This document shows, one piece after another, positions 1-14,701 of a stretch of DNA of 64,000 bases. The stretch is from Cycas panzhihuaensis (Eukaryota; Plantae; Cycadophyta): positions 1,860,001 to 1,924,000 of the forward strand of contig CM041465.1 of NCBI GenBank assembly GCA_023213395.1. Direction: 5' to 3'. The notes beneath the pieces are model-generated. The model saw only the letters and a list, made by a program, of their open reading frames with translations, had not been told where the DNA came from and did not search any database. Position numbers and translations under genes: made by a program. Within the stretch, counting starts at the first letter, position 1, and each line of letters starts with the position of its first letter.

Positions 1-559
1 TAAATTTGTGTTAAGGTGGTGATGATTAAATAATGAGTTTGAGTGATGGGGTCATTGTACACGGGTATGGCTGTGTTATGACTAAATAGTTAATAGTTAT
101 GAAGGGTGATTGCAAAAAGGTATGATGTGTAGCATATTTAAAGAAGCTGGTGATACCGAGGGCGGGGCACAGAGTGTATGGAATCAAGATTGAGGATTGA
201 TATCAAGATCATCAGTTTATGTTGCAGATGTTGGTCGTGGATCTTGGTGTGAGCTTGGTTTGGGATGATTATGTGAAACATTTGTACTTGCCCTTTATAC
301 CCAATTTTGACAATATTAATGAAGTAGCACTTTGATGGTGGACTGATATGCAATTTGTGAATGATTTATAACATGTGATATGGTTGTCTTGGATGTATAT
401 CCCTGTGCTAAGTTATTGTTGTAGGTGACTCTTGATATTGTATGCTTGTACAAGGAGTTTACTATTTGATTGATGCTTGCACGTGGGTTCTGATCTGACA
501 TGGTTCCCATTCCTATTGTTCTTCTTAGACTCAGCCTAGAGGGGAGGTTTTATACAACA
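1..559 (+). repeat. Probable 3' part of the 5' LTR of element A
   Basis: Ends ...TATACAACA and is followed by TTTGATGCTATTGCCGA, a deaminated version of the TTTGGCGCCGTTGCCG PBS typical of Athila-type elements. A gag relic follows. No second LTR was found in the window. Confidence 0.5.
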
Positions 560-1399
560 TTTGATGCTATTGCCGATCTAGGAAGCAACAGAATTCACCC
601 CATGCTTATGAGCAAGGGGGAATCAAGCATTGAGGAATGATGACCAGAAACTAGATGATGATCCCACAAGCATAAGGCAAGGTACAAGTCAGATCTGCAG
701 ATCCACATTTGACTAGAAGATCAAGAGAAAATTTGGTACATGCAAAATTTTTTATTGCGTTGCAATATTGTTGAGATTAACATGGATGACATTGTGGTGT
801 TACAATTATAATTATTAGCAACAGCATTAGACAACGGTAAGTATTAACTAATGCTTGGCACAAGAGTGAGATGATCTACATGCATCGCTGCACGACAAGT
901 GGTCCACAATAGTGGACTATTTGAGAAAAAGAAAGTTGGACGATTAGAGCAATGGGTTAATCATAGTGAAGTATTGATTGTTGAGCATGCATGACAAATC
1001 TTGGGAGATTTGGAGCAACACCAAGGATCAAAGAAGGTTGTGGTCTCCTTCGCATGATTAAATTTAGATGAATCCCAAGAAGTATTGATTAGAAGATGCA
1101 AGCGGTCAAGTACGGCACATACGACTGAGACGACTTCTGGAATAAAGGGTAACCCAGGAGAGGGGAAGTGGATTGAAGCACTATTTGGTAAATTCTATTA
1201 ACAGCGACATGGTGAAAATGGTAAACACCATCACACTTATTACAAGTTTGGATGACGAAGATTTGAACAATTGAATCGTGCACAATCCAACTCCAATTAC
1301 AAAGCATCACAACTTGCAAATATGGCTACACCAAAGCATGGCAAACAAAAGTTGCAAACTTCTAGTGGAGGAGTGGATGAAGATCCAATGTGTTAGTGC

Positions 1400-2217
1400 A
1401 ATGTGTATGAAACAACTTGGATCGCAAATGGAGAGCTAGATGAAATCCAATGGCTAAATGCATTTCAAGCAACATTATGTGATGTGGCCAATGATTCGTA
1501 CAAGTAATTCAAAGAGGGCTATTTTACTAAGTGGTAGATGTTAAGGGAGACATTTGAAAAAGAACTTCAATTATCATGTGATGATAGGGAGGTACTGGAT
1601 TAGATATATAATCTAAAGTAGGAACCTTAAGAAACTATATGACTTTATAATACTAAGTTGAAGACATTAACAAAAAAGATGGAAAGGTCATTGATGGGTT
1701 AGAAAAATGATAGTTTTTGGAAGGACTATTTCCTAAATATAGAAGAAAGCTCCTTGTAGTTCCACCCACATCTTATCATGAGGTAGTAAATGGATTGATG
1801 AACTTGGAGACATAAGACAAGGTCAGGGCACAACATCAAATAAAATCTTCATAGTGAGATAACAAGAAGGAATTGAATCCTTCTATTGATGTATTACATG
1901 AAGATTTAGCATGAATGTTGAAGGCCTTAACATGCCAAACGAAAGATCAACATCAAGTGTGCTGCATCAAGTGCAAGATGGAGGGCCACTTGGATGTTAG
2001 ATGCTTGAATCATCAAGTATTGAAATATTGCTATATATGTAAAATGAATAATCAAGATACAAATGAATGTGGGTTCAATATTCATGCTTGAAGAAGTCAA
2101 GATCTAGATGTATTCCCCAAAAAACAAGCATCCATTAGATCTATGGGATGGGGGTTTCAAGGAGGGAATCAACCAACAGAAGGATCAATCCTAAAGAATC
2201 CCTCGAGAAAACATATA
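1400..2217 (+). pseudogene. gag: Degenerate gag of element A with tandem CCHC zinc knuckles
   Basis: CX2CX4HX4C motifs at 1963-2070 lie in the same frame as ORF 2143-2331; many stop codons. Confidence 0.7.
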
Positions 2218-2510
2218 TATTATAAGCTTATTTATATTAATGTGAAATTGGCTCCAAATAGGCATGTGAAGTTAGTTTTAAGGGAGAATAAGAAATCGTC
2301 TTTTAAAAGAGAGAGAATAAATAGGCTTTAGCCTATGGCTATAAACAAGGGAGTCTTAATCATTTATCATCATCTTTTGGAATATTATTTACCTTATTGG
2401 GATAATGATCTAAATCTATTGTGACACTATGTTGTCTTGGAGGAACCCTTGTCTCAAAAATGAATTGATTATCTGTTATTATTATTTATTTATATTTTTT
2501 GAATAGTAAT

Positions 2511-2567
<57 letters not shown>

Positions 2568-2596
2568 AAATATAACATTGGAGTGGGTACATCTTA
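2218..2596 (+). repeat. 5' LTR of element B
   Basis: Aligns along its length with 39216-39560 and is followed by PBS-Met. Confidence 0.8.
2513..2560. repeat. (AT)24 microsatellite inside the 5' LTR of B
   Basis: Direct reading; the 3' LTR has only GATATAT at this site. Confidence 0.97.
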
Positions 2597-4260
2597 AGTG
2601 ATATTAGAGCACAATTTTGGCCAATTAGGGTTTTATCAAAGATTTGTGATTTTGGGGGTGTAAACAACCAAATTTGGAAAGAACGATTACATATTTAGGA
2701 CAACTAATATGTTCCAAAAAAATTGAGCAATTATATTGTAGGGTTTGCAGTAGAATTGCAAATCTTATGAGAGTTTCAATTTTGGTCTATCATCCATTGA
2801 TATTTATAAAGCAAAAAATTCACCATTACAATTTCAAATGAGCATAATAAAGGGTTACAAATACCCAATTGACCTCTTTTTTTCTTTTCTTTTTTTGAAT
2901 AGGTGCACTTTGAAGTTTATTTTTGGTCGGTAGTGGTTTCAATCCAATTGGATATTGGGATAAAATATTAGCATCATTTTAATAATAGGTACTGTTGTTC
3001 CAAAACCCTAAATTGTGATCAACTTTAAAAGGGCTATAAGTTTTGTTACATGTATTAGAATTTGATTTCATTTGGACCATCGAAATCATGGTTTAAAGAT
3101 ATTTGAAATAATCTATTACATAAGTATTTTTGAAAAATATTTATAAGAGAAATTGCTATTTGAAGTTATATGTAAGATTTTAGTAGGCTAACAATCATTG
3201 CAAACTAAGTTATTGGAAACAAATAACAATTAAAATATGAAGTTCGCTTAGAACCTTTTGACCCAGATGAAGGAACATATATGAAAGAATGGATGATAAT
3301 GATGGACATCTATTTTATTATTTATTATATAGTCGAAAAAGACAAGATCATCTTTTCATCTCAATACTTAACTAGCTAAACAATTGTTTGGTTCTACTGG
3401 TGGTGTCGGGGCTATGAATACATAATGCATTTTAACTAGCCATTCTTTAAATATGCAATATGTGAGCAATTTAAAGATATTAAGAATTAGCCCCCCTACA
3501 CTAGTTATAGGAATAAAGAAAAGTTCATAGCAAAAAACTAGAACTAAAACTGACACAACAAGAGCCCCTCTTATAAATGTAGGAATAATTGAGAAAACAA
3601 GCAAGGATCAAGAAAAGTGTCTTGAAGAAATTCTGGTAAATCTCAAGAAGATATGTCGAAGGGAGGATAAAAAAAAAAGAAAGTGAAGCATGCCCAATAC
3701 AAGTCCATGAACAATATGGGAACGCAAGGAGCAATCCACATGTGAGCAACATAAAGAGGAAGAGATTCAACATATGCAAAAGCTTAACACTAAGTAGGTT
3801 GAACCCAATGATTAAAAATTGGAAGAGTACACAAGAAATTAGGAGCAAAAAAGTTCCTTTGCGATGAAGTTAAAGATGAACTAGCAAAGGAAGGATTTGA
3901 TAAAGATGGAAGAATTTGGGTCGTGGTATGAAGAAGATCCAAAGCTGCCCGAGGAATAATCCAAACAACCAATCAATTCTAACATGGTACTCGATATGAC
4001 TCCTAATTTTATTTTGCACTTGTCTATATCCTTTGGTAATTTCATTATTTTATTTAATTTCCTTATTCCATTGTTTTAGAAAGACCACCATCACGTATCT
4101 AATAACACCCCATGGTTGATTTAATACCCATGGTTCTTGATTCTTACTTCTTTGTAAGAGAAATCTTGGTCTCATTTCACTCCCATCATCTAGGTCCCTA
4201 CTCCTACCTAATTTTTGAAGAGAATACCATTTATCTCTAACACTAATTGATAACGAACAT

Positions 4261-4682
4261 TGTAGCAACCCTAAATATTCAGTCTGGCCAACCTCCAACA
4301 AAGTAGGAAAGTTAATCTCAAAAGTATGATTAAATACAATATTTTATATACTTTCTAGTCGAATTCACATGTCAGTTATGGTCAACTTCAAGATAGAATT
4401 ATCGCTTATTATGTCTATTTCTAGTCGACTTCTATCATGACTAAATGAGCGCCTATTTAAAGAGAAGTTGGACAACTTTATGGCATTATTCAGGAGTGTT
4501 GTTGGCCGCTATTATTTTGGCCTTAGAGTTATAATTATTGTGGAAGGAGCCTCGCCTCAAAGAGGAGAATTGCCATATGTGATATCTTCGTAAGTTGTAT
4601 TTAATATTTTGTTTAATATTACCACATATTTTTGATATTTAGGAGCAATATATCTTGTTTATTTATACCTAGATCAATAGAA

Positions 4683-4725
<43 letters not shown>

Positions 4726-4779
4726 TATTTGCTCTATTTTGTCCTTTCCTCCTCAAGAAATCTGTCCGCTATCACTACA
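4261..4779 (+). repeat. 5' LTR of D
   Basis: TG...CA, homologous to 9339-9808. Confidence 0.92.
4686..4722. repeat. (AT)n microsatellite inside the 5' LTR of D
   Basis: 37-bp AT run; the 3' LTR has only ATATATAT. Confidence 0.97.
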
Positions 4780-5149
4780 AGTGATATCAGAGCTTTGTTT
4801 TGAAGCGGGATTCAAAATATAAGTAGTAAAAATTAGGAGCCAATTTCTCCCCCTTCCCCCTAAGAGAATGAAACTTAGACTAGATAAAAGTCTCACAAAA
4901 AAATGGTGAACTAAAGTCGAGGTCAATCAGAAGTAACAAATGCAAAATTAGAGAAATTAAACATCAGTATAGAATGTCTCTCTACACAAATAGAAAACTA
5001 GATGAAATCCTTCTTAGAAATTCCAAAGTTTAATAGATTAGAAATGGTTAGAGAAGAATATGAAGTGTCTTGTATAGAAAGATTAACAGAATATGAATAC
5101 GCAAGAGAAGAGCTAGACAACCAAGATAATTAAAGGAGATATAAGGGGG

Positions 5150-8100
5150 CAATATATGAAAGGTGAAACCAAAGAAATGAACAATTGGACCATGACCTTA
5201 AAGGAACCAAGCTCTCATTAGGAAAATTCAATCCAGGGATATCAAAAGTCGGTTACTACAAATGGAAACATATTTCTAGGTCTATAGATTGTTCGATAGA
5301 GAAAAGGTATTGACAATATCTCTCCATTTATATGGAAGGGCGTCAAAATGGTTCTATTAGTGGTAGAGGACCAACACTGGTATTTATACATCATGGGAAT
5401 ATCTAAAGGTGGGTCTAATTAGCTAGTATAAAGATTTTTAGAATACAGGCTATTTTGCCCAATTAATATGATTACAACAAAATGGGTCAGTACAAGAATA
5501 TACAAAGTAGTTCCAGAGTCTTCAATGTCTAATTTCAAAATGAATACTAGCAGAATGCATTATGGAAACTTACATCAATGGTTTGAAGGGACAAATCAAA
5601 TACTGTATCAAATCAATGAGTCCTATAAATATCTAGTAAGTGATTAAAATAGCTAAAAACATCGAAGCAGAGTTAAGCGAAAGTCGACCCACATGTATTC
5701 ACAAGAATGAGCAAAATACATATCGGTATCAAGGTTAAACACAAAAGCAAATCCTCCGTTGCTAGTAAGAAGTGTAATTGAAATAGGCAGAACAACAAAA
5801 TAGGAACACCTCAAAAAGGGAATGTGTTTTAAATGCAGCGGGAAATGGAATAAAAAGCACCAGTGTCTGGCGAAGAAGGTGTTTATGATTAACAACGAGA
5901 ATATAGAAATTTCGAAAGAAGAAGGGGACGAGCAGAATTAGGAAGTGGAAGCCAAGGTAGATGAACTTTTAGAAGTAGATATGGAAAATGTGCAGATTTC
6001 TTTATAAGCTATTAGTGGGCAACACGTCACTCCTTAGACCCTCAAATTTCCAGGGATGATCAAAGGAGCCTCAGTGTCAATTCTAGTGCACAGTGCTAGT
6101 ACACATAATTTCATCAATAAGGCTATGGCACATAAATTGAGATTTACAATACAACCATTAAATACTTTTTAAGTTTCCATTGTCAACGAAAAAATTACTC
6201 CTTGTGAAGGATATTGCAAGCCAATGAACATGCAGATCAATGATTACTCAGTAACGATATGTGTTTACTATGTCGATTAGAGGAGTGAATGCAGTTCTAA
6301 GTATTCAATGGTTACAAACCATGGGGAATATAGTTACCGACTACATGACTCAATTTATGTGTTTTCATCAAAAGGGATGCAAGTATAGATTACAAGCACC
6401 TTTCACATTGGATGGAGAAAATATTAAGGAAAAATTTAACAACATGCATACAAACATATTACAAGATAGCAGTAGAAGATGTCCTACTAGAAGTACAAAA
6501 GATAATAGATGAATACAATTCAATATTTGAAGAGCCACAAGGGCTCCCTCCAAAGCGTTAGTATTAACATGATATCGCATTAGTACTGGGAGTAGCTCTA
6601 GTGAACATTTAGCCTTACATATACCCATATCACTTGAGGAAAGAGATCAAAAACATTACTTGGGAACTCCTACTCCAAGGGACTATTGTAAATAGTACAA
6701 GTCCATTCACATCACCAATAGTGGTGAATCCAAAAAAGGATGGATTATATAGGACATGCATTGATTATCGAGAACTAAATAAATTAATAGTAAGGAATTG
6801 TTATCATATTCCCTGAATAGACAATTTATTAGACACAATTCATGGAACAAGATACTTCTTAAAAATTGTCCTCCAATCTAGGTACTATTAGATACACCTT
6901 AAGGAGGAGGACGTTTTTAAAACAACTTTCTGCACCTATGAAAGATTATTTGAGTTCAAAGTTTATGCCTTTTGTTTTAGTAAATGCCCTGGCAACATTT
7001 CAAAGTACTATGAATTCAATAATACTCAAACTTCTATTACAAAAATTCGTGCTAGTCTTTTTTGATAATATTCTGATATATAGTAAAACATGGGAGGAGC
7101 ACCTAGATCATATAAGGGAAGTTCTGTTAATCTTTGAAAAAGCACAATTCTATGCAAACAACAAGAAATGTTCCTTTGCGAAAGAAGAGTTAGAACACCT
7201 AGGACATATTGTCACAAGAGACGATATTAAAATAGATCCGAAGAAGACGCAAGCCATTGTTAATTAACTGATATAAAAAATTGTAACAGGGGTAAGAAGT
7301 TTTTTAGGAGTAGTAGGATTCCTTTGGAAGTTCATCAAGCGATACATACATATTGCATCTATATTGACTGATCTTACAAAAAAAAAGATGCATTTAGATA
7401 GTACCCGTTGGTAGAAGACTCTTTTCGAGAACTCAAAAAGGAAATGATCACAACATCGGTCTTAGCAATACCAGATTTCACCCATCCATTTATCTTAGAA
7501 TATGATGTTTTAGGATTCAGAATTGAGACAATTCTATTGCAAAAGGAGTGGCCAATAGCATATGAAAGCAAGAAGTTGAACAATAGAAATGAACTAAAAT
7601 CAATATACAATAAAGAGATGTTGGTGATCATGCATGCAATTCAGTAATGGCGCTAATATTTGTTGGAAAATAAATTTGTAGTTAGAACAGATCACAATAG
7701 CCTGAAATACTTCTTAAACTAGAAAACATTATCCGATGAGTAGCAAAAATGGGTTAGTAAGCTATAAAGTTTTGACTTGAATATTGAGTACAAGAGGAGG
7801 CAAGAGAATGTCATAGCAGATGCTCTATCAAGATTACCAGAAGAAAGTAATGGAGAAATTTCCCTCAAGACAATAATAGTAGCCACCCCTAATTGGACCC
7901 AAGAACTAGTCGAAGAATATAAAACTGACTCATTATCATAGAAAGTATTAAAATATATACGAGACCAGAAGACATCGAAGTTCGAATTACAGTGAGATCT
8001 AATTTTACAAAAATGAAAGATATTCATTCCAATAATATCCAAGATAAATGGGACTCTATTAGAAGAAGCCCACTCAACACCAACAACATGACATACAGGG

Positions 8101-9315
8101 ATAGACAAAACATATCAGAAGATACAAAATTCCTTCTATTGGAAATGAATGAAACCAAACATTCTCCCAATGGTATCAAAATGTAATACCTATCAGTGTA
8201 ATAAGAATGAATACATGAAAAGCTTAGGTCTATTACAACCCTTTCATATCCGTCATAAAAAATAGAAAGAGATTTCTATGGATTTCGTCATAGGACTTTC
8301 TCGATCAGAAGGCAATGATGCCATTTTTATAGTAGTAGATAGACTTATAAAGTATGCTCACTTTAGAGGCATATAAACTATGATAAGTGCAAGTGAGATG
8401 GCAAAAGTGTATATGAAGGAGATACATTACTTACACGAGTTTCCTAAGATCATAATTAATGATCGAGACCTAAAATTTACAAGTTATTTCTGGTAAGATC
8501 TATTTAAATTAGTAGGGATAAAGCTACACATGAGTACAATTTATCACCCATAAATAGACAGACATATCAAAGCGGTAAACAAATGCTTGGACAATTACCT
8601 AAGGAATTTCTTTTTAGACAGGCAAAGTTAATAGTATAAGTGGCTCCATTTAGCAGAATGGTGGTATAATACAACATACCACATGATAGCAAAAATGACA
8701 CCGTTTCAAGCGCTATATAGATATGAACCTCTGTCGATACTCACATGGGTAAAGGTATCATAAGTGCAATCAGTATGTAAGCAAAAGGAGCAAATAGAAC
8801 AAATAGTGTGGATATTAAAAGATAATTTGGATACTATAAAGAATATGATGAAGTAATAAGTAGACGTAAAAAAATCTAAAGGAAGCTTCAAAATAGGGGA
8901 TTGAGTCTTCCTAAGACTTCAAACCTTTAAGCAAGCATCAATGAGACAAGCAAACAAGCAAAAACTAGCTCCACGATTCTTTGAATCGTACCAAGCTAGT
9001 GAGAAAATTGGAAAAGTTACATATCGATTAATCCTACCACCAAGAAATAAAATTTATAATGTCTTCTACGTATTTTGTCTAAAAAAGAAGATGGGAGAGA
9101 AAATAACCTCCTATACAACAGTTCAGAATTAGATGAAGAGGGAAAAATGATTATTGAATTAAAAGATATCTTACAGCTAAGAACAAGAGAGTTACGATTC
9201 AAAAAAGTCAAAGAATTCCTTATAAAGTAGAAAACCCTAGACTTAAAGAATACAACTTGAGAGTTTGAAACATGGATGTAATAGTATCTGAATTTATCCA
9301 TGCTTTGAGGACAAA
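5150..9315 (+). pseudogene. pol: gag-pol of D (gag, protease, RT, RNase H, integrase, chromodomain), disrupted
   Basis: ORF fragments 6634-6816 (SPFTSPIVVNPKKDG..CIDYRELN), 6866-7267 (RT), 7408-7647 (RNase H), 8941-9132 (integrase C-terminus). Confidence 0.9.
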
Positions 9316-9338
9316 GCATGCTCTCGAGGGGAGGGACT

Positions 9339-9808
9339 TATAGTAACCTTAAATATTCAGTCTGGACGACTTCCAACAAAGCAGGAAAGCCAACCTCAAA
9401 AGTATGATTAAATTCAATATTTAATATATTTTTTGGTTGACTTCACATGCTAGTTCTAATTGACTTCTAAGACAGAATTGTCACTTATTATGTCTATTTC
9501 TGGCCAACTTCTATCATGACTAAATGAGCACCTATTTAAAGAGGAAGTTGAGCGACTTTATGACATCATTCATGAGTGTTGTTGGCTATCATAATTTCAA
9601 TTTTAGAGCTACAATTATTATGGAGGGAACCTTGTATTGAAGAGGAGAATTTCCATAAGAAATATCTCTCTAAGTTATACTTAATATGTTATTCGATATT
9701 ATCATATATTTTTGATATTTAGTAGTATATCTTGTTTATTTATACCTAGATCAATAGAAGGCATATATATTGCATATATTGCCAAGAAATATATTCGTTG
9801 TCACTACA
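9339..9808 (+). repeat. 3' LTR of D
   Basis: Follows the PPT; homologous to 4261-4779. Confidence 0.92.
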
Positions 9809-10312
9809 AACACAACCCTAGAATCACTTGGAGAGGGAGTATGCTAGCATAATAAGATAATTAGTATTAATAACAAGACTATAAAGATGAATATCTAAGT
9901 AATGAACTAAGCGTATAAATCAAACACAAGAAAGAACTCAAGATATGGAGTAGTAGGAATTGTTTCTCACTCCAAATGAACAAAATTAACTTGGATTCAA
10001 AATAGCAACATAACAATACAGTAATCACTCTCTTGTGAGATACATGAGAATTGGTCTCAATATGTAGGGTTGGAGGAGAGACCTTGGGGCTTCATATTTA
10101 ACAAGTGTCAAACATTTAATCTATGCCCTGTGATTGTAGGACAAGTGTTTCTTGGACTCTCTTGTAAGAAAAAGTGCATAAGGGGTATATTAACTCTTAA
10201 GTCATAACATTGCACTACTAGAAATAATGTGTGTGTATATTTTATCACGTTAGGTGATAAGACACCTTTATATAAAATACATTACTTAACATTTAAACAT
10301 AAGGGTTTAACA
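9809..10312 (-). repeat. Main part of the 3' LTR of C (continues from 4216-4260)
   Basis: Aligns with 27033-27451; adjacent to the PPT at 10313. Confidence 0.85.
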
Positions 10313-10339
10313 ACCTCCTCTTCATATTTAGAATATTAA

Positions 10340-13300
10340 GTTTGACACCAATGTATTGCACTAATCAGGAGGGTGCTCCAAATATTCCTCCACTATAGGG
10401 TTGTTGTTGAAAAAGGCGTTTGTCATATCCATTTGATGAATTTGCTATTTGCATTGTGCAGCTCAAGCCAATTTTAATTTGACGGTGTTTATATTTATCC
10501 TAAGTTCAAAGGTTGCTCCATAGTCAATGCCTTCTTTTTGTCTGAATCCTTTGGCCACCCATTGAACTTTGTGATGTTTGATAGAACTGTCAAATCGAAA
10601 TTTGGTTTTGTGTCTCCTATTGCATCTATTTACTTGTTTCCTATTAGACAAATTTACCAAATCTAAAGTTCCATTCTTTGTAATAGAATGATTTTTCATG
10701 GCAACTTTCCACTTTTTATTTTTACTAGCCTTTGTGGAAGGCTCATCAACACAAAGTACATAAGTGCATAAATGACTGATTGCTACTTCATTTTTTATGG
10801 AGGTTTTCCTTCTATGACTTGTGCATCTTGTACTTCCCAAGTGTACCGTTTGGTTAACTTCTTCTTAGATGTAACTTGTACATAAACATCTTGGGTCTGT
10901 AATGGTTGATCAATAGAAGGGCTATGAGGGTCAAGAGGTGTTGTTGATATAGATGGAGCAGATATAGATGAAGAAGCAGCATGAGTAGAAGATAAGCATG
11001 GTATTGAAGATTATGAGAGAAGAAAATACTCAACAATTTGTTTGTCTTTGTTGAGAGGAAGTTGGATAGATGTTGATTCCATCTCTTCATTATTTTTAGA
11101 AAAGGTTACATCTCTGCACATATGCATTTTCGTGGAAGTGGGATCATACAATCTATATGCTTTACTGCTACTAGAATAACTAATAACATTGCATTTTAGA
11201 CATTTATTGTTTAGTTTCTTTCATTTTCATTGAAGAATATATATATAAGTGATACACCCAAAAGTCTTCAGATGGCTTATAGTTAGTTTTATGTCAAACC
11301 AAGCTTCATCTGGTGTCATGTCGGTGACTGCGGTAGTAAGGTTCTTATTGGCCATATAAGCTGCAATATGAAATATTTTGGCCTAGTAAGAAAGAGCAAG
11401 CCTCTTAGTATGCATCATCACTTTGGCTTTGCTTGCCAAAGTCCTGTTCATCCTCTCAATTACTCCATTTTGTTAAGGTGTATATGGAGTAACTTGTTTT
11501 TTGATCATATGATTTCTGTAAAACTTGTTGAACTCTTTTAAGGTAAATTCACCTCCATTGTAAGATCACATTTTTTTGATGGGAAGATCTACTTCATTTT
11601 CTACAACAAGTTTGAATTGTTAGAATTTTTCTAATGCCTCATATTTGTATTTGATAAATAAATCCAAACTTTGTGTGGAAAATTATCAATGAAAGTGATG
11701 TCATAAAGTGCTCCTCCAAGAGATAGTATAAGCATGGGTCCACATAAATCTATGTCTACCAACTGCGAGGGTTTAGATGCATTCCATGTTTTATTTTTAA
11801 GAAAAGACTCACGATGTTGTTTCCCTACAATATATACTTCACAAAGATATTTTGATATAGAAATCTTTGGAAGCCCATGCACCACACTTTTGCTAAACAT
11901 CAATTTGATGTTGTTTAGGCTCAAGTGGCTTAGCTTATTATACCAAAGTTGCTATTTGGTTAATGATTGTGAAATATATGTAAACGAATTATCAAGTATA
12001 ATGTTTAAAGCATCTAATTTGTAAAAGCCATGGTCTTTATTACCAATGGCAACTACTTGATTATTCCTATGACTAATTGTGTATTTTTCACCTTTGAACA
12101 ATACACTCATTTATTGTTTATTCAATTGACTAATAAATAGAAGACTTTTGTGCATAAAAGGCACCAAGTAAGCATCACTTATAGAAAATATTAAAGTAGG
12201 GCAATCTAAAGAGTTGAAGGAAACAATTTCACCCACTTCGGATATTTGTATGGTCTTATTGTTTCTAAATGTAATTGTTTGCCCTCTTCCTTTTTTGACA
12301 TCATAGAGAAAATTCTCGTCACCAGTCATATGATGGGATGCTCTGGAATCAACAGTCCAAATGCTATTACTTTGTATGGTGTGATAAGCACAAAATAATT
12401 TACCTTCTTCATCAGAAAATTGATTAGTGTGGTGTTGATTGCTACTGCTAAATCCCTCCCTTTCTCCTTGACCTCCTTGAAATCCACCTCGATTTGGTCT
12501 TTGAGGGGGATATTACTACTACTATTGTGGTTGTTATCTCTATTACTGCTATTGTGGTTGGTGTTGGTGCTACATGTCGACCTAATGTTTGTGGCACGCT
12601 GGTTGAATGTAGCTCTTTTTGCCACAATAATAAACAACATTAGCTTTTGATGTGTTAATGTTCAAATTCCTAAACTGTTTATTGAGATTTTCTTTGGGAG
12701 TCTAGTTACCCTTATACTTGGTCATGAATGTACTTAAAGTAGATGTCTCACCCTGACGAGAGCAGATTTTCTCCTCTTGTAATAAAAGACTTTCAAGTTC
12801 ATTGAAAGTTATTGTGCCAAATGTGCCGTCTCATGTGATTGAAGAGATGAAACTTCTACACTCCCTTAGTAATGCATGAAGTGTGACAGTTACAAAGTCA
12901 TCTTTTTAAGTTGGTTTTCCAAGTGTAGTTAGCTCATTATTGATTTTTTTTGTTGAGGATAAAAATGTCGACATAGACTCAATATATTTTAAAGTACATA
13001 ACTTAACTTTTATTATTACAATGCGAGTATCATCTCACCTTTCATACAATGAAATCAAAGTATCCCAAACTTTTCTAGAACACATGCAATATTTTAATTA
13101 ACAATAGAATTTATAATCATATGAAAAAATGTTAAGGCTATTTCATCTTTAGCTTCTTAAGTAGTAACTAAGACATGGTCAGGATAAATAATTATATTCC
13201 TATCAGTTGGGCTTTCAACAAGCACAAGTTTAAGATTCTTTCAAGATACGAATGACCAAAATTCATTTATAATCAATAAATTCTATGGTTGTTTTTTCTA

Positions 13301-13366
13301 CTCTTAGAAGTTATCTTGACCTATTAACTTGATAGTGTATGCATTAAGTGTATTCATGGTAGTCAT
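10340..13366 (-). pseudogene. pol: gag-pol of copia C, truncated early in RT
   Basis: Knuckle near 12600-12635, protease near 12330, integrase (DLCGPM..ITFIDNF, 11631-11924), RT N-terminus (10463-10840; IHQMDMTNAF). The frame then jumps to the PPT. Confidence 0.85.
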
Positions 13367-14366
13367 AATGTTAAATTTGTAAAAGACTCTTGAAGCTAGC
13401 AGATAATTTGGAGACTCAAGGCTTTTGTCGTTTAAGTTCCACCTTCTAACATACCAATAGTTTTAATCTTATAAATAAGATCCAATAATTGAAGAGAGTG
13501 ATGAGAGATGGAGGACTAAACAATAAGTTGATCCAACCATAATTTTTCAAAGTAGATCTAATATTTGGCTAAGTCAAATATATAACAAATGAGGTAAGGT
13601 TGATATGTATGGTCATATTGTGCTTTCCTTGGAATTCATAACTCCAATAATATCTTTTTCGATCCTCCTTTTCTCCAAGAGTGATATCAATTGTCATGCA
13701 CTGACTGTAAGGTAAACTGGTCTTCTAGGGAATGTACAAAGATTGAGATATAGAGACAAGGTTTGAACTTTTTTCAGACTTTTCTAACAAGTATTTAAAG
13801 CAAAATTTTAATGGTTTAAGTTGATTAAAATAACTTACTTAATGAAAGTGATGATGTTGCTTTACAAGTGCTTGAAAAACTTGATAAAAAAATGTTTCAA
13901 GAAAAACAACTTGAGTGTTGAAATGAACACTTTAAGTGTTCTACAAAAACACTTAAACAATAAAAGAAAGTACTAAGTGCCAAATGAGAAAATGCTTGCT
14001 TGCTTGTTGTTTTTGAAGTAGTTTCGTTTTAGAGTGAATAAACAACCATGAAATGTCAACTTTAATCAAGTATGCGAAGAGAATACACCACCACAACACC
14101 ATTCGGACTTTAAATAGTCCTATACCACTCCAAATAAGTGATTTTTTAATTAAACAAGTAAATTTTAAGCCCCTTTTTTTATAACTAGGGCATGGAGGTC
14201 ACCACACAAGGAGCCTTAGAAACACCTTGTACATTGTGAATTTTTTAGTAAGATTATAAAAAGTCGACTGAAATCACTTATTTTCAGTCACATAACATAC
14301 TTGCAGTTTTTTTTTTTGTTACTAAGTTAAAAGAAAAAGGGTGAAATTGCTTTGAAAGTGATTAAA

Positions 14367-14701
14367 TGTTAAGACCCTTATGTCTTAATCCTTTATTAGT
14401 ATAGGATGGTAGTCATTATTAGTAGAAGTATAATGATAGTACATATTTCATTGTAAGGGCAATGCCCATTTTGTAATCCCATATGCACTAGTAGTAGGAT
14501 AATGGGAGTAGCATCTTAGTATATATAGAATATTTGTAATAAGGAGGGGTATTGAAAATTGTTATAAGAGAGCTCTACTAAAAGGAGGTTGCCTTCTTGA
14601 AGAGGTCTGCGATTATAAGATCTTATGATTTAATAAAGCTTCTTGAGATTTTCGTATATATTTGTGTTCTTTTTAGGATTTGTAGTGACAAGAGCATACC
14701 G
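14367..14701 (+). repeat. 5' LTR of E
   Basis: Homologous to 20383-20716. Confidence 0.93.

Larger units (their letters stand above)
4261..9808 (+). mobile_element. Element D: full-length degenerate Ty3/gypsy chromovirus inserted in the 3' LTR of C
   Basis: LTRs 4261-4779 and 9339-9808; PBS AGTGATATCAGAGC; PPT GAGGGGAGGGAC; TSD AACAT/AACAC; gag, protease (STHNFI), RT (VFFDNILIYS), RNase H, integrase and chromodomain relics. Confidence 0.93.

Noticed and set aside
2482-2667. ORF with YIYIYI repeat
   Set aside because: Translation of the (AT)n microsatellite.
4235-4247. PBS-like CTCTAACACTAAT suggesting a three-LTR tandem element
   Set aside because: It is inside C's LTR; homology with 27033 onward starts at 4216, where the TSD is found.
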